Shown one piece after another: positions 29,345 through 39,100 of a stretch of 64,000 bases of DNA; positions within the stretch are counted from its first letter, which is position 1; each line of letters begins with the position of its first letter. The notes beneath the pieces are model-generated. The model searched no databases and was not told where the DNA came from. It saw nothing but the letters and a program-made list of their open reading frames with translations. The stretch comes from Candidatus Magasanikiibacteriota bacterium (GTDB lineage Bacteria; Patescibacteriota; Patescibacteriia; Magasanikbacterales; GWA2-37-8): positions 48,571 to 112,570 of the forward strand of contig JAHFHZ010000001.1 of assembly GCA_023246715.1 (NCBI GenBank), read 5' to 3'. The position numbers and the translations under genes are program-made.

Positions 29345-30280
29345 ATGGAAGAAAAATCGCGATTGCAACATAAAAAAATTTTGATTACTGGGGGAACCGG
29401 TTTTATTGGTAGTCATTTGGCTCGCCTGCTTAGCCCTACTAACGAGGTATGGGTAGCGGGACGCAGTGGCGAACAACCAAATTCGGCAGTACAATTTTTT
29501 AAGGGTGATATTCGTGAACAGGTTTTTTTTGAATTTGTCCGCAATGAAAATTTTGACGTTATTTTTCATTTGGCTGGTAACGCCAACCAGGCAAAGAGTT
29601 TAGAGGATCCCCGTTATGATTTAGAACACAATCTGCTGGCGACGTTTAATTTACTTGAAGTTTTGCGGCAGCTGCAAAAACCACCGCGTTTAATCAACGC
29701 TTCGTCGGTGACGGTGTATGGAGATAACGACGACGCTGTTCTCAATGAAGACACCTCGGTGCTTTTGCCGATTGTTAACTACGGGGCTTCAAAATTGGCG
29801 GCTGAACGATATTTGTACGCGTACGCACGACAATACGGGTTGCCAGCGATTACTCTGCGGCTTTTTTCTACCTATGGACCCGGGTTGCGTCGTCAAATGG
29901 TTTATGACTTTATCCGCAAGCTTTCGGTTAACCAGGATAGGTTGGAAATTATTGGAACTGGCAATGAGGCGCGAGACCTTACGTTTATTGTTGATCAGGT
30001 AAGTAACATTGTCCGGGTCGCCGAACAGGCGGATTTTAAAGGTGAAGCCTATAATTTGGCTTCGGGTTCTTTATATTCTACCCGTCAGGTAGCCGAATCT
30101 GTGGCTCGAGCGCTCGGCCTAACGCCGGAATTTATCTATACTGAAAAAGCACGAGTTTTTGACGCTCCGAGTTGGCTGGCAGATGTAAATAAAATTAAAA
30201 AATTTGGAGCCTCGACCCCGACTAAACTTGACCATGGCGTTGAACAGACCGTGCGTTGGTTTAAAAATGTAGGTTCCTGA
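29345..30280 (+). CDS. NAD-dependent epimerase/dehydratase (extended SDR)
   Basis: ITGGTGFIGSHL, FHLAG, YGASK, RLFSTYGPG and RDLTF. Confidence 0.9.
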   Translation: MEEKSRLQHKKILITGGTGFIGSHLARLLSPTNEVWVAGRSGEQPNSAVQFFKGDIREQVFFEFVRNENFDVIFHLAGNANQAKSLEDPRYDLEHNLLATFNLLEVLRQLQKPPRLINASSVTVYGDNDDAVLNEDTSVLLPIVNYGASKLAAERYLYAYARQYGLPAITLRLFSTYGPGLRRQMVYDFIRKLSVNQDRLEIIGTGNEARDLTFIVDQVSNIVRVAEQADFKGEAYNLASGSLYSTRQVAESVARALGLTPEFIYTEKARVFDAPSWLADVNKIKKFGASTPTKLDHGVEQTVRWFKNVGS

Positions 30281-30296
30281 GAGCATAACAGTTGCT

Positions 30297-31217
30297 ATGT
30301 CACAGCCTAAAACAATTCTTTTTGGCGGCAGTGGTTTCCTGGGCCCAACTATTTTGGAGAAGTACCCTGATATTGTTTCGATTGGCCGACACGCTCCGCC
30401 AGATTATGTCGGAAACCAGCATATCAATTTGCCAGACTTCGATGATTTAAGCGTCCTAGACAATTTTGATTTTGATAAGGTTATTTTTTTGGTCGGCAGC
30501 TCTAACCACCATCTGATAAATAATCATGCCACCATGGGCCTTGATTATAATGTGTACCCGCTTAAGAAGGCGTTGCATTATTTTGCCAAACGCCAGTTAA
30601 AAAAATTTATTTGTTTTACCACTATTTTGTTATACGATGCCGAAAGAATGACCTTTCCGGTGGGCGAGGAGCAGCCGATCAACCCGTATATCAATGAGTA
30701 TGTTTTTAGCAAATATCTTTCGGAGGAATTGGTACGTTTTTATGCCGAGAAAGTGCCAACTATTACGATCCGTTTTAGTAATATTTACGGCCCGACCAAG
30801 CTGATTCGCCCTGACGTGGTGCCGACCCTGATTCAAAAGGTGCTTTCTCCTAACCCGGTGACTGTTTGGAATACTAAGCCGATTAGGGATTTTTTGTATC
30901 TTGAAGACGCGGCCGAAGCGATTGTGCGGCTACTCGACACAGATTACACCGGGCCCGTCAATTTGGGAACAGGAGTAACGGTTAGTATCGGCCGGATTGC
31001 CGAAATTTTAGAAGAATTATCGGGTAAAAAAATTACCAATCTGGATCAAGCGGTCAACGGGCCAATGTTTTTTTGCTGTGATATCAGCAAGGTGACTAAA
31101 CTGACCGACTGGAAACCGGCGCACACGATCGAAGAGGGATTAAAAAAAACGTATGAACGAATGAAGGGCTGGGCGGATGAGTGTCGGTGGTGGGAACAAC
31201 CCAGTTCTAAATTTTAA
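30297..31217 (+). CDS. NAD-dependent epimerase/reductase (extended SDR)
   Basis: FGGSGFLG, YVFSK, RFSNIYGP, RDFLY and VNLGTG. Confidence 0.85.
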   Translation: MSQPKTILFGGSGFLGPTILEKYPDIVSIGRHAPPDYVGNQHINLPDFDDLSVLDNFDFDKVIFLVGSSNHHLINNHATMGLDYNVYPLKKALHYFAKRQLKKFICFTTILLYDAERMTFPVGEEQPINPYINEYVFSKYLSEELVRFYAEKVPTITIRFSNIYGPTKLIRPDVVPTLIQKVLSPNPVTVWNTKPIRDFLYLEDAAEAIVRLLDTDYTGPVNLGTGVTVSIGRIAEILEELSGKKITNLDQAVNGPMFFCCDISKVTKLTDWKPAHTIEEGLKKTYERMKGWADECRWWEQPSSKF

Positions 31218-31225
31218 ATTTGAAA

Positions 31226-32326
31226 ATGTCTATGAAGCGAATTTTGTTTCTGACCGAGACAATGAATCCGACTTCTGGTTGGGGCAGGATTGCTGACGAA
31301 ATCAGCCGGCGGCTGCCTGACCATGGTTTTGAGCCGGTGGTGCTAACGGAAGACAGCTCGGGATACTTAGGCAAACCATTGTTGCGTAATTCACTGGCCT
31401 CGCTTAAATCAACGCTACTTAATAGTTGGGGCGTTCGCCCCTACGCCAAGGATGCTGTCTTGGTACACGCGCTTGATGCGTATCCGTATGGAATTATTGG
31501 CGCTTTGGCGACGCTGGGCACGCGGGTGCCGCTCGTTATGACTACGGTTGGCACCTACGCCATTATGCCGCTCGAGAATAAAAAAATCCGACCGTTTATG
31601 CTGTGGGCTTTTCGGCGAGCAAAAATGCTTTTTCCGATTGTTAATTTTACCATTGCAGAAATAGCCAAACGTGCTTCGGGGCTGCCTCCCCAAAAACGAG
31701 TGTTGCTCGGGGTAGACCCGAGCCGCTTCCAGCTCGCTCCAATCACGCCAGGCGCAGCAGCGCCAATTTTGTTGAGCGTGGGCGCTTTAAAAAAGCACAA
31801 AGGGTATCATTACGTGATACCGGCTTTGGCAATCGTGAAAAAAACCTGCCCTTTGATACGATATTGTATCGTCGGTGATACTTCGGATACGGCGTATATT
31901 GATTTTTTGAAAGGGGAAATTAAAAAATACGGCGTTGAACAGAACGTGCAAATTTTAGGTAAAATTCCGGAAGGCGAAGTATTGGATCTGTACGGGCGCT
32001 GTTTGGCGTTTGTGTTAATTCCAGAAAATCATCCGACTAATTTTGCGGGTTTCCACCTTACGTATCTGGAAGCAAATGCCATGGGCAAACCGGTCATTGG
32101 AGCGAAAGGATACGGATCGGAAGAAGCCGTCCAGGAAGGAAGAACTGGTTTTTTAATCACGCCGGAAAAGCCCGAAGAAATCGCGGCAGTTATCGGCCGC
32201 CTGATTGTTGAACCGGTTTTGCGAGCTGAGCTGCGTGAGTATTCGCGAGCTTGGGCCGAAGAACTGACGTGGGATAAAACGGTCGCCCAATATGCCGCGT
32301 ATTACCGCGCGATACTTGGAGAATAA
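31226..32326 (+). CDS. GT4 family glycosyltransferase
   Basis: SGWGR, LGVD, VGALKKHKG and GFHLTYLEANAMGKPVIG. Start at 31226 or 31232. Confidence 0.9.
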   Translation: MSMKRILFLTETMNPTSGWGRIADEISRRLPDHGFEPVVLTEDSSGYLGKPLLRNSLASLKSTLLNSWGVRPYAKDAVLVHALDAYPYGIIGALATLGTRVPLVMTTVGTYAIMPLENKKIRPFMLWAFRRAKMLFPIVNFTIAEIAKRASGLPPQKRVLLGVDPSRFQLAPITPGAAAPILLSVGALKKHKGYHYVIPALAIVKKTCPLIRYCIVGDTSDTAYIDFLKGEIKKYGVEQNVQILGKIPEGEVLDLYGRCLAFVLIPENHPTNFAGFHLTYLEANAMGKPVIGAKGYGSEEAVQEGRTGFLITPEKPEEIAAVIGRLIVEPVLRAELREYSRAWAEELTWDKTVAQYAAYYRAILGE

Positions 32327-32387
32327 TTTTTTAGAAGCAATATTTTATTTAAAACAGCCTGTCGAGGCGAAAGTATACTACCAGCCT

Positions 32388-33173
32388 ATGCCCGAAGCGC
32401 CCGTACAACCCAAGCAGAATGACTGGAATTTTCAATGGGAGAATTTTTACGATGATTCTTTGTTTTTGTTTAAGGAATGGATTTTTCCGCATACTTTGGA
32501 AACCTTCCGGGGAAAGAGCGTGGTTGATTGCGGGTGCGGCGGAGGGCAACATATTAATTTTGTCGCCCCCTTTGCCCGTCGAATTATTGGCATTGACTTG
32601 AACACCACCGCAATCGCCCGTGAACACACCGAACAGCACAGCATTGTTTCGTTTGTGGAAGGGGATTTGGCCAGCGTGAGCCTGCCCGAACAGCATGACG
32701 TGGTTTATTGCATTGGCGTTTTACAACATACCACCAACCCGGACGCCACGTTCGCGAATATAAAAAAAATGGTCGCGTCGGGGGGGCGTTTAATGATCTG
32801 GTGTTATTCCAAAGAGGGTAACTGGCCTAATTGGCTTATTTTGGAACCCTTGAAACGTTGCTTTATCCTTAAATTACCTAAACGAGCATTACTGTATTTG
32901 GCTACGGCGCTGACCGCGCTTTTGTACCCTGTTATTTATACGCTGTATTTATTGCCGCTCAGGTTTTTGCCTTATTACGAATATTTTGGTAACTGGCGTA
33001 AATTATCGTTTGGACGGAATCGATTAAATGTCTTTGACAAACTGAACGCGCCCATCACTAATTTTATTACGCGAGTTCAAGTAGAACGTTGGTTTAATCA
33101 GGCTGAATTTTCGGATATCTTTATTGATCAGTATAAAGGAGTGAGTTGGCGTGCTTCGGGTGTTAAATTGTAA
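32388..33173 (+). CDS. Class I SAM-dependent methyltransferase
   Basis: VVDCGCGGG, GIDL, IGVLQHT and GGRL. The ATG at 32388 follows TATACT at 32374-32379. Confidence 0.88.
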   Translation: MPEAPVQPKQNDWNFQWENFYDDSLFLFKEWIFPHTLETFRGKSVVDCGCGGGQHINFVAPFARRIIGIDLNTTAIAREHTEQHSIVSFVEGDLASVSLPEQHDVVYCIGVLQHTTNPDATFANIKKMVASGGRLMIWCYSKEGNWPNWLILEPLKRCFILKLPKRALLYLATALTALLYPVIYTLYLLPLRFLPYYEYFGNWRKLSFGRNRLNVFDKLNAPITNFITRVQVERWFNQAEFSDIFIDQYKGVSWRASGVKL

Positions 33174-33177
33174 AAAT

Positions 33178-34629
33178 ATGCTTGCGGCATTTCGGAATTT
33201 CTATCAAGCCCAGCGCGTGCCAATTATTTTGTTCGTGACGGCATTTGTTTTTCACGCGGCCATGTCGGCTTATTTATACTATCGTTTTGGCGATTCGGTT
33301 TTATGGTTTCAAAATGAAGACGCGCAAGGGTACGTGGAATTGGCGCGTAACGTGCTTACCGGGCGAGGTTTTACCCATGACGGCGCTGCGCTCGCGATTC
33401 GTACCCCGGCGTGGCCGTTGATGCTATCTTTAGGTTTGCTTTTGCCCGGCTCCGCAACAGCAGCAATTTTATTTTTGCAGGTTGTATTGCTGGGGGCTTC
33501 GGGTATTATAATTTATAAAATAGGTGAGTTATTTTTTTCAAAATTTGCCGGGTTAATCGCCTCGACACTCTATATTGTTGAACCTTACTTAGCGATGAAT
33601 ACGGCTTTGGCAACCACTGAAGTTTTTTTTAATTTTGGTTTATTGATAACGGTGTATTGTTTTGGACGTTGGTATCTTCGGCGCGACTCCCAGGCTTGGC
33701 TGGCTGCTTCGGGGCTTTGGCTGGGACTTTGTATTCTTATTCGGCCAGTGGCCTTGTATCTGCCGTTTTTATTTTTGATTTTTATCATCATTCGCCTCCT
33801 GTATTTTAAAAAGAGCACTCTGTCATTACTGGTTAGTTTGTTTATCCTAAGCGCCACTACCACATTGGTGGTGGCGCCATGGTCGATTCGCCAGTATATC
33901 CGTTTTGGTACTCCGCGCATTACCAATATTGACGCGATGTTATTATACTTTCGGGTGGCGCCGCTGGTTATCGGCGCTGAACAAGGCATTAGCTATAACG
34001 CGGCGATTCAGCAGTTGCACGGCGAATTGGAGCGTTCGGTTGAGCTTTATAATCCTGATGATTTAAATGCTAATTTTGTTCATTATGAATTCATGAGCGC
34101 AAGAGTGGCGGAATTGGTTCGTCAACGCCCAGATGTGGTAGCAAAAAGTTATTTGGCTTCAATGGTACCGGCCCTGTTTGGTACGGGTTACGAATATATG
34201 TTGGAAGAAGTGCTTGGTTTAGAGCGCGCCACGCAACGCCCCAGCTACTCCGCGCTGTTAGCTCGGGGAGATTTCGCTGCTTATTTTAGGGCTCTTCGCC
34301 AAATCGATATTTTTCAAGCTGTTTTATTAACTGGCGCGCTGTTGTGGATGGCTGCTTACGTATTTATTGTTTATTACGTAACCCGCAGGTTTGTTTGGAG
34401 AGAACGTTTTTTGAGTTTAGTGCTGCTCGGAGGCCTGCTTGGTTATTTTGTTTTTTTTGCGTTGGGCCCTGCCAGCCACGCCCGTTATCGCTTACCTACA
34501 TTTCCGTGGTGGTTTCTACTTATTGGCGCCAGCCTTGATTTTATTAAGCAAAAGCGTATACTAGGCTCACGCAAAGAGGCTGCTTCTTTTGGCCTTAATA
34601 AGCCTTTTATCCCCGGCCAGACCCCTTAA
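33178..34629 (+). CDS. GT-C (ArnT/PMT-2-like) membrane glycosyltransferase
   Basis: EDAQGY..LA loop, RTPAWP, TTE, LIRP, PWSIR and ARYRLP. Confidence 0.78.
   Translation: MLAAFRNFYQAQRVPIILFVTAFVFHAAMSAYLYYRFGDSVLWFQNEDAQGYVELARNVLTGRGFTHDGAALAIRTPAWPLMLSLGLLLPGSATAAILFLQVVLLGASGIIIYKIGELFFSKFAGLIASTLYIVEPYLAMNTALATTEVFFNFGLLITVYCFGRWYLRRDSQAWLAASGLWLGLCILIRPVALYLPFLFLIFIIIRLLYFKKSTLSLLVSLFILSATTTLVVAPWSIRQYIRFGTPRITNIDAMLLYFRVAPLVIGAEQGISYNAAIQQLHGELERSVELYNPDDLNANFVHYEFMSARVAELVRQRPDVVAKSYLASMVPALFGTGYEYMLEEVLGLERATQRPSYSALLARGDFAAYFRALRQIDIFQAVLLTGALLWMAAYVFIVYYVTRRFVWRERFLSLVLLGGLLGYFVFFALGPASHARYRLPTFPWWFLLIGASLDFIKQKRILGSRKEAASFGLNKPFIPGQTP
34535..34562 (+). promoter_or_regulatory. Putative internal sigma70 promoter upstream of the GT2-acpS-FkbH cassette
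   Basis: TTGATT (34535-34540), 16-nt spacer, TATACT (34557-34562). Confidence 0.4.
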
Positions 34630-34634
34630 TTTAT

Positions 34635-35486
34635 ATGCAAAAAATTTCAGTTATTCTGCCTGCTTACAATGAAGAATTGGGGATTGCTAAAGTTCTTTCT
34701 CGGCTTAAGGAAGTTTTGGCTAACGCCCCAGATTCGGAAATACTGGTTGTTAATGATGGGTCAACAGACGCCACGGCCAGCATTGCCATGGCCCATGGAG
34801 CGCGGGTAATTTCTAATCCAACCAACATGGGTTATGGATTTTCGTTGAAGCGTGGTTTTGTGGCCGCGGTTAACGAATGCGTGGTGATTACCGATGCGGA
34901 TGGCACGTATCCAATTGAGCGTTTGCCGGATTTAGTCGCTGAATTTGATAAGGGCTTGGATTTGGTGGTGGGCGCGCGCCAGGGTGCCAATTATTGGTCT
35001 AGTTGGACCAAGGGTTTTGCTCGTTTGTGCTTTAAATGGATGAGTCAATTTGTCGTGGGCAAGCGGATTCCCGATATTAATTCGGGTTTTAGAGTCATCC
35101 GCCGCAGCAAAATTGTGCCGGTTTTGAACGATCTTTCTAACGCTTTTTCATTTACCACCTCAATGACCTTGATTTTTTTCTTGAAGCATTATTTCATCCG
35201 TTATTTGCCAATTAGTTACGAACAAAGACAAGGTCGGTCTAAAGTGCACTACTTCCGCGATACATTAATCACCTTGCAGATTCTGGCCGATATTATCGCT
35301 CGCTATAACCCAATAAAATTATTTTTATTGCTGGCGTTGTTTCCTTTCGCGCTGATGTTGGTTTGTTTGGTTTTCGCGTTGGTTTGGGGGGTGTGGCTCT
35401 GGTTGCCACTGGCCTTTTTGGCCGGCTTTGGCGCGTTGTTGATTGTCGCGCTTGGTTTTATTGCCACAATTTTTAGACGCAATTAG
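34635..35486 (+). CDS. GT2 polyprenol-phosphate glycosyltransferase with two C-terminal TM helices
   Basis: LPAYNEE, VNDGSTD, NMGYG, TDADGTY, VGAR and DINSGFR. Confidence 0.9.
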   Translation: MQKISVILPAYNEELGIAKVLSRLKEVLANAPDSEILVVNDGSTDATASIAMAHGARVISNPTNMGYGFSLKRGFVAAVNECVVITDADGTYPIERLPDLVAEFDKGLDLVVGARQGANYWSSWTKGFARLCFKWMSQFVVGKRIPDINSGFRVIRRSKIVPVLNDLSNAFSFTTSMTLIFFLKHYFIRYLPISYEQRQGRSKVHYFRDTLITLQILADIIARYNPIKLFLLLALFPFALMLVCLVFALVWGVWLWLPLAFLAGFGALLIVALGFIATIFRRN

Positions 35487-35488
35487 GT

Positions 35489-35866
35489 ATGGCTGGTTCG
35501 AAGGCGCGAGCGCAGCTTGGGGTGGGAGTTGATATCGAAGAAGTTACCCGATTTACAAAACGCTCTTCCCGGGCGTTTAAATTATTTTTAAAACGTTTGT
35601 TTACTGATCAAGAATTGACCTACTGTTTCGAGCGAACTCGGACAGCGGAGCATTTAGCGGCCCGTTTCGCCGCCAAAGAAGCAATTATTAAAGCGCTGGC
35701 AATACTTGGTTTTGCCCCTCCTGATTATCAGCAGATTGAAATTAGGATGAATGGAAAGTTGCCGACGGTTTGCCTGTATGATAGTTCTTTAAAGCCGTAT
35801 CGTGTTTTAATCAGTTTGTCACATACTCGTACCTTGGCTATGGCTTTTGCAGTAATTACTGCCTAA
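35489..35866 (+). CDS. acpS: Holo-[acyl-carrier-protein] synthase (phosphopantetheinyl transferase)
   Basis: GVGVDIEEV, FTDQE, HLAARFAAKEA and ISLSHT. Confidence 0.92.
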   Translation: MAGSKARAQLGVGVDIEEVTRFTKRSSRAFKLFLKRLFTDQELTYCFERTRTAEHLAARFAAKEAIIKALAILGFAPPDYQQIEIRMNGKLPTVCLYDSSLKPYRVLISLSHTRTLAMAFAVITA

Positions 35867-35870
35867 TCAT

Positions 35871-37682
35871 ATGGAAGAAATTATTCGACATGTTGAAATT
35901 AACAACCCTCAAAGCATTACTGATTATCGGCGATTGGCCCGAGAGCTGGTGGCTAACTTTGAATCATCTTGGCAGGGTGCTGTGGAATTGCGTTTAGCAG
36001 TGCTCGCGAGTTTTACCTTAAAAGGTTTGGCCGATATTTTGTTTGTGGAATGCGCTCGGCAAGGTATTAAAACTGAGGTATACCTGGGGGAATACAATCA
36101 GTACGCGCAAGAAATTTTGAATCCAACGAGCGGTTTGCATAGCTTTAAACCCTCGGCCGTGGTGCTATTTATAGATACTCAAGCGCTTTTGGGTGAAGCG
36201 TATTTCCGCCCCTACGGGAGTTTGCAGGCCGCCGACCGGCGTCTGCTTATTGATGAAAAACTTGCCGAAACGCAGCAGTACGTTCAAATACTTCGTGAAC
36301 GAACGGGCGCGGTGGTGATCGTGCATAACGCCGAGGTTCCGGGCTACTCGCCGCTGGGTATTTTGGAAGCCAAACAAGAGTTTGGAATTGTTGAAGCCGT
36401 TGAATCTTTTAACCGCCGTCTGAATGAGTTTTACAAATCAGTCAGTGATGTTTTCGTATTTGATTATAATGCCTGGTGCTCGCGGTGGGGAAAAAGCAAG
36501 CTCGTTGATTATCCTTTGTATTATTTAGGAGATTTTCGTCTCGGATTAGAGCATTTGGCAGAATTGGCCCGGGCTTATTTACATTTTATCAAACCGCTCG
36601 CGGCAAAAATTAAAAAGTGTATCGTGCTAGATCTGGACAATACGCTCTGGGGAGGGGTAGTTGGAGAAGATGGGGTGGAAGCTCTCCGGCTTGGCCCAAC
36701 CCCGGAAGGGCGGCCATTTTGGGAATTTCAAAAATATCTTTTAGCCCTTTTGGAGCGAGGAGTGATTCTGGCCATTAACAGTAAAAATAATCTCGAGGAT
36801 GCCCTGCGCGTTTTGCGCGAGCATCCGCATATGATCTTGCGCGAACAACATTTTGCCGCTCTGGCAATCAATTGGAACGACAAAGCCACTAATTTAAAAC
36901 AACTCGCCGAAGAACTCAATATCGGCTTAGATAGTCTGGTATTCATCGATGATGACGCGGCCAATCGAGCGCTTGTTCGGGAATCTTTGCCCCAGGTAGA
37001 AGTCGTGGAGCTCCCGAAAGATCCTAGCCGATACGCGTCGACCCTCAAGGATTTGAATTCTTTTCAGACCCTTAGTTTTACTACTGAAGACGCCGTTAAA
37101 GGAAAAATTTACGCTGCCGAGCGAGAACGCCGTGAATTTCAGAATGTTGCCAGCGACTTAAGCGGATTTTTACGCGGCCTCGGCATGGCTGTAACGGCGC
37201 GAGCGGCCGACGCCTTTTCTTTACCGCGTCTGGCGCAATTGACGCAAAAGACCAATCAGTTTAATCTAACCACGCGCCGCTATCGCGAAGAGCAGTTGGC
37301 TGAATTGGCCAATCGGCCAGATCGTTTGGTGCTTGGTGTTGAAGTAAAAGATCGTTTTGGTGATAACGGGTTGGTGGGAGTGGCGATAGTCGAGAAAACT
37401 CCTCAAGTTTGGAATATTGATACGTTTTTGTTGAGTTGTCGCGTAATTGGGCGGGGAGTGGAGCAAGCGTTGGTGGGTCTGCTAATCAACCGTGCCCGTG
37501 AAGCCGGTGTTGAGTTTTTAACGGGTGAGTTCATTGCCACTAGCAAAAATGCTCCGGCCAAAGATTTTTATGCCTTGAACGGTTTTAAATTGCAGTGGCA
37601 GCGAGATGGCGTGGAGAGCTGGCAATATGCGATCGAGCAGCCTTTTATAATTCCGGATTATCTTACTCTGGTAGAAAATTAA
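35871..37682 (+). CDS. FkbH-like HAD-IIIC glyceryl-ACP-forming phosphatase/transferase
   Basis: KCIVLDLDNTLWGGVVGEDG (HAD DxD), SKNN, INWNDK, FIDD, QLTQKTNQFNLTTRRY, DRFGDNG and FLLSCRV. Confidence 0.93.
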   Translation: MEEIIRHVEINNPQSITDYRRLARELVANFESSWQGAVELRLAVLASFTLKGLADILFVECARQGIKTEVYLGEYNQYAQEILNPTSGLHSFKPSAVVLFIDTQALLGEAYFRPYGSLQAADRRLLIDEKLAETQQYVQILRERTGAVVIVHNAEVPGYSPLGILEAKQEFGIVEAVESFNRRLNEFYKSVSDVFVFDYNAWCSRWGKSKLVDYPLYYLGDFRLGLEHLAELARAYLHFIKPLAAKIKKCIVLDLDNTLWGGVVGEDGVEALRLGPTPEGRPFWEFQKYLLALLERGVILAINSKNNLEDALRVLREHPHMILREQHFAALAINWNDKATNLKQLAEELNIGLDSLVFIDDDAANRALVRESLPQVEVVELPKDPSRYASTLKDLNSFQTLSFTTEDAVKGKIYAAERERREFQNVASDLSGFLRGLGMAVTARAADAFSLPRLAQLTQKTNQFNLTTRRYREEQLAELANRPDRLVLGVEVKDRFGDNGLVGVAIVEKTPQVWNIDTFLLSCRVIGRGVEQALVGLLINRAREAGVEFLTGEFIATSKNAPAKDFYALNGFKLQWQRDGVESWQYAIEQPFIIPDYLTLVEN

Positions 37683-37689
37683 TTGCAGT

Positions 37690-37923
37690 ATGGAAAAATT
37701 ATATTCGCTAGTAGCTAAGGTGTTAGACATTGAAGCGCTTACAATTACCCCTGAAACTTCACCGGATACTGTGGAAAATTGGGATTCATTTAACGGTTTA
37801 ATGCTGGTTTCCGAGTTAGAGAATGTTTTTGGCGTTAAATTTACCATGGATGAAATTGTGGCAGTTAAAAAGGTGGGTGATATTACCGAGGCGTTGAAGC
37901 GCCACGGCGTTGAGTTGGAATAA
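37690..37923 (+). CDS. Acyl carrier protein
   Basis: 77 aa and acidic, with the WDSF phosphopantetheine Ser motif and ELENVFGVKF. Confidence 0.9.
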   Translation: MEKLYSLVAKVLDIEALTITPETSPDTVENWDSFNGLMLVSELENVFGVKFTMDEIVAVKKVGDITEALKRHGVELE

Positions 37924-37925
37924 GT

Positions 37926-38327
37926 ATGCGTTTTCAGGATATCGTTATCGGGAGTGTGTGTCAATTTGAACGCCAAATCAATGTGGATGACGGGCTTTCT
38001 TTTGCCAAGCTCACCGGTGATACCAACCCCTTACATACCAGCGCTGAATTTGCTGAACAGTCGCCTTTTGGGCGAACAATCGTGCACGGCTTGTTGATTG
38101 GTGGTTTGTTTTCTACTTTAGTTGGTGTGCACTGCCCGGGTGATAATTGTTTATATGTCAGCCAGACTTTACAGTTTAAAGCGCCCGTTTTTTATGGAGA
38201 CGTGGTAGTAATTCGCGGCATCGTGACCGATAAGCATGACAGTATTAGCATGGTCCGAATGAAGACAGAAGCCTTGGTGAATGGGGAAGTCAAAGTAACT
38301 GGCGAGGCGGTGGTAAAAGTGCTTTAA
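37926..38327 (+). CDS. MaoC/PhaJ-family hot-dog dehydratase
   Basis: FAKLTGDTNPLH, IVHGLL and FKAPVFYGD. Confidence 0.92.
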   Translation: MRFQDIVIGSVCQFERQINVDDGLSFAKLTGDTNPLHTSAEFAEQSPFGRTIVHGLLIGGLFSTLVGVHCPGDNCLYVSQTLQFKAPVFYGDVVVIRGIVTDKHDSISMVRMKTEALVNGEVKVTGEAVVKVL

Positions 38328-38339
38328 TTTTTTGAATAT

Positions 38340-39074
38340 ATGTCTGAACAAAAAACAGTGGTGGTAATCGGAGGTAGCGGCGGGATTGGTCGGGCGATCG
38401 TAGACGTTTTGATGAAAGACGAGTTTATCGTTCACGCGACTTTTTTTAGCCAAGACGAGCTTCTACATAAAGCGAGCGGGGCAGATAGATTGTTCTGGCA
38501 TAAATTAGACGCGACGGAGGCGGTGGCAGTTGCGGACTTGTGGAAGGTTATTTTGAAAACTTCGCCGACTATTAATGGGGTTGTTTTTGTCGCAACGCTG
38601 CCTACCGCATATCATCCCTTAATGAAACTGGATTGGAAAGATTTTACCGCGCATTTTAATGTTCAGGTCGGAACCTTTTTTCATACTCTGGCGGCTTTGC
38701 GCGAAAATTTGTCGGCAATCGGACCATGTCAGTTTATTCCGATTTTGACTGAGTACTGCCAAGGTCGACCCCCGGCTGGTTTAAGCGATTATGTTGCCGC
38801 TAAGATGGCTCTACAGGGTTTTGCTCGCACTATGGTGGCAGAGTTGGCCAAGTACGGTTGCCGGGTAAATATGATTTCGCCGGGGATTACGCTTACTGAA
38901 TTAACCAGTTCGCTGCCACCTAAATTTTTAGAAATTGCCGCTGAACAGAATCCGCTCAAGCGACTAGCGCAGAGCACAGACGTGGCGGCCGTGGTGAAAT
39001 TTTTATTATCTGAACAAGCGGCATACTTGAATGGCGTCAATATTCCGGTGAATGGTGGGTCGACAGTACAATAA
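38340..39074 (+). CDS. SDR oxidoreductase (FabG-like ketoreductase)
   Basis: GGSGGIG, YVAAK, VNMISPG, NPLKR and YLNGVNIPVNGG. Confidence 0.88.
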   Translation: MSEQKTVVVIGGSGGIGRAIVDVLMKDEFIVHATFFSQDELLHKASGADRLFWHKLDATEAVAVADLWKVILKTSPTINGVVFVATLPTAYHPLMKLDWKDFTAHFNVQVGTFFHTLAALRENLSAIGPCQFIPILTEYCQGRPPAGLSDYVAAKMALQGFARTMVAELAKYGCRVNMISPGITLTELTSSLPPKFLEIAAEQNPLKRLAQSTDVAAVVKFLLSEQAAYLNGVNIPVNGGSTVQ

Positions 39075-39100
39075 CTCATTTTGTCACGGGCTTATTTGTT

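Noticed and set aside
35489-39074. Fatty-acid synthase or polyketide cluster
   Set aside because: There is no ketosynthase, malonyl transferase or thioesterase; the downstream MBOAT/SGNH pair points to glycan acylation.
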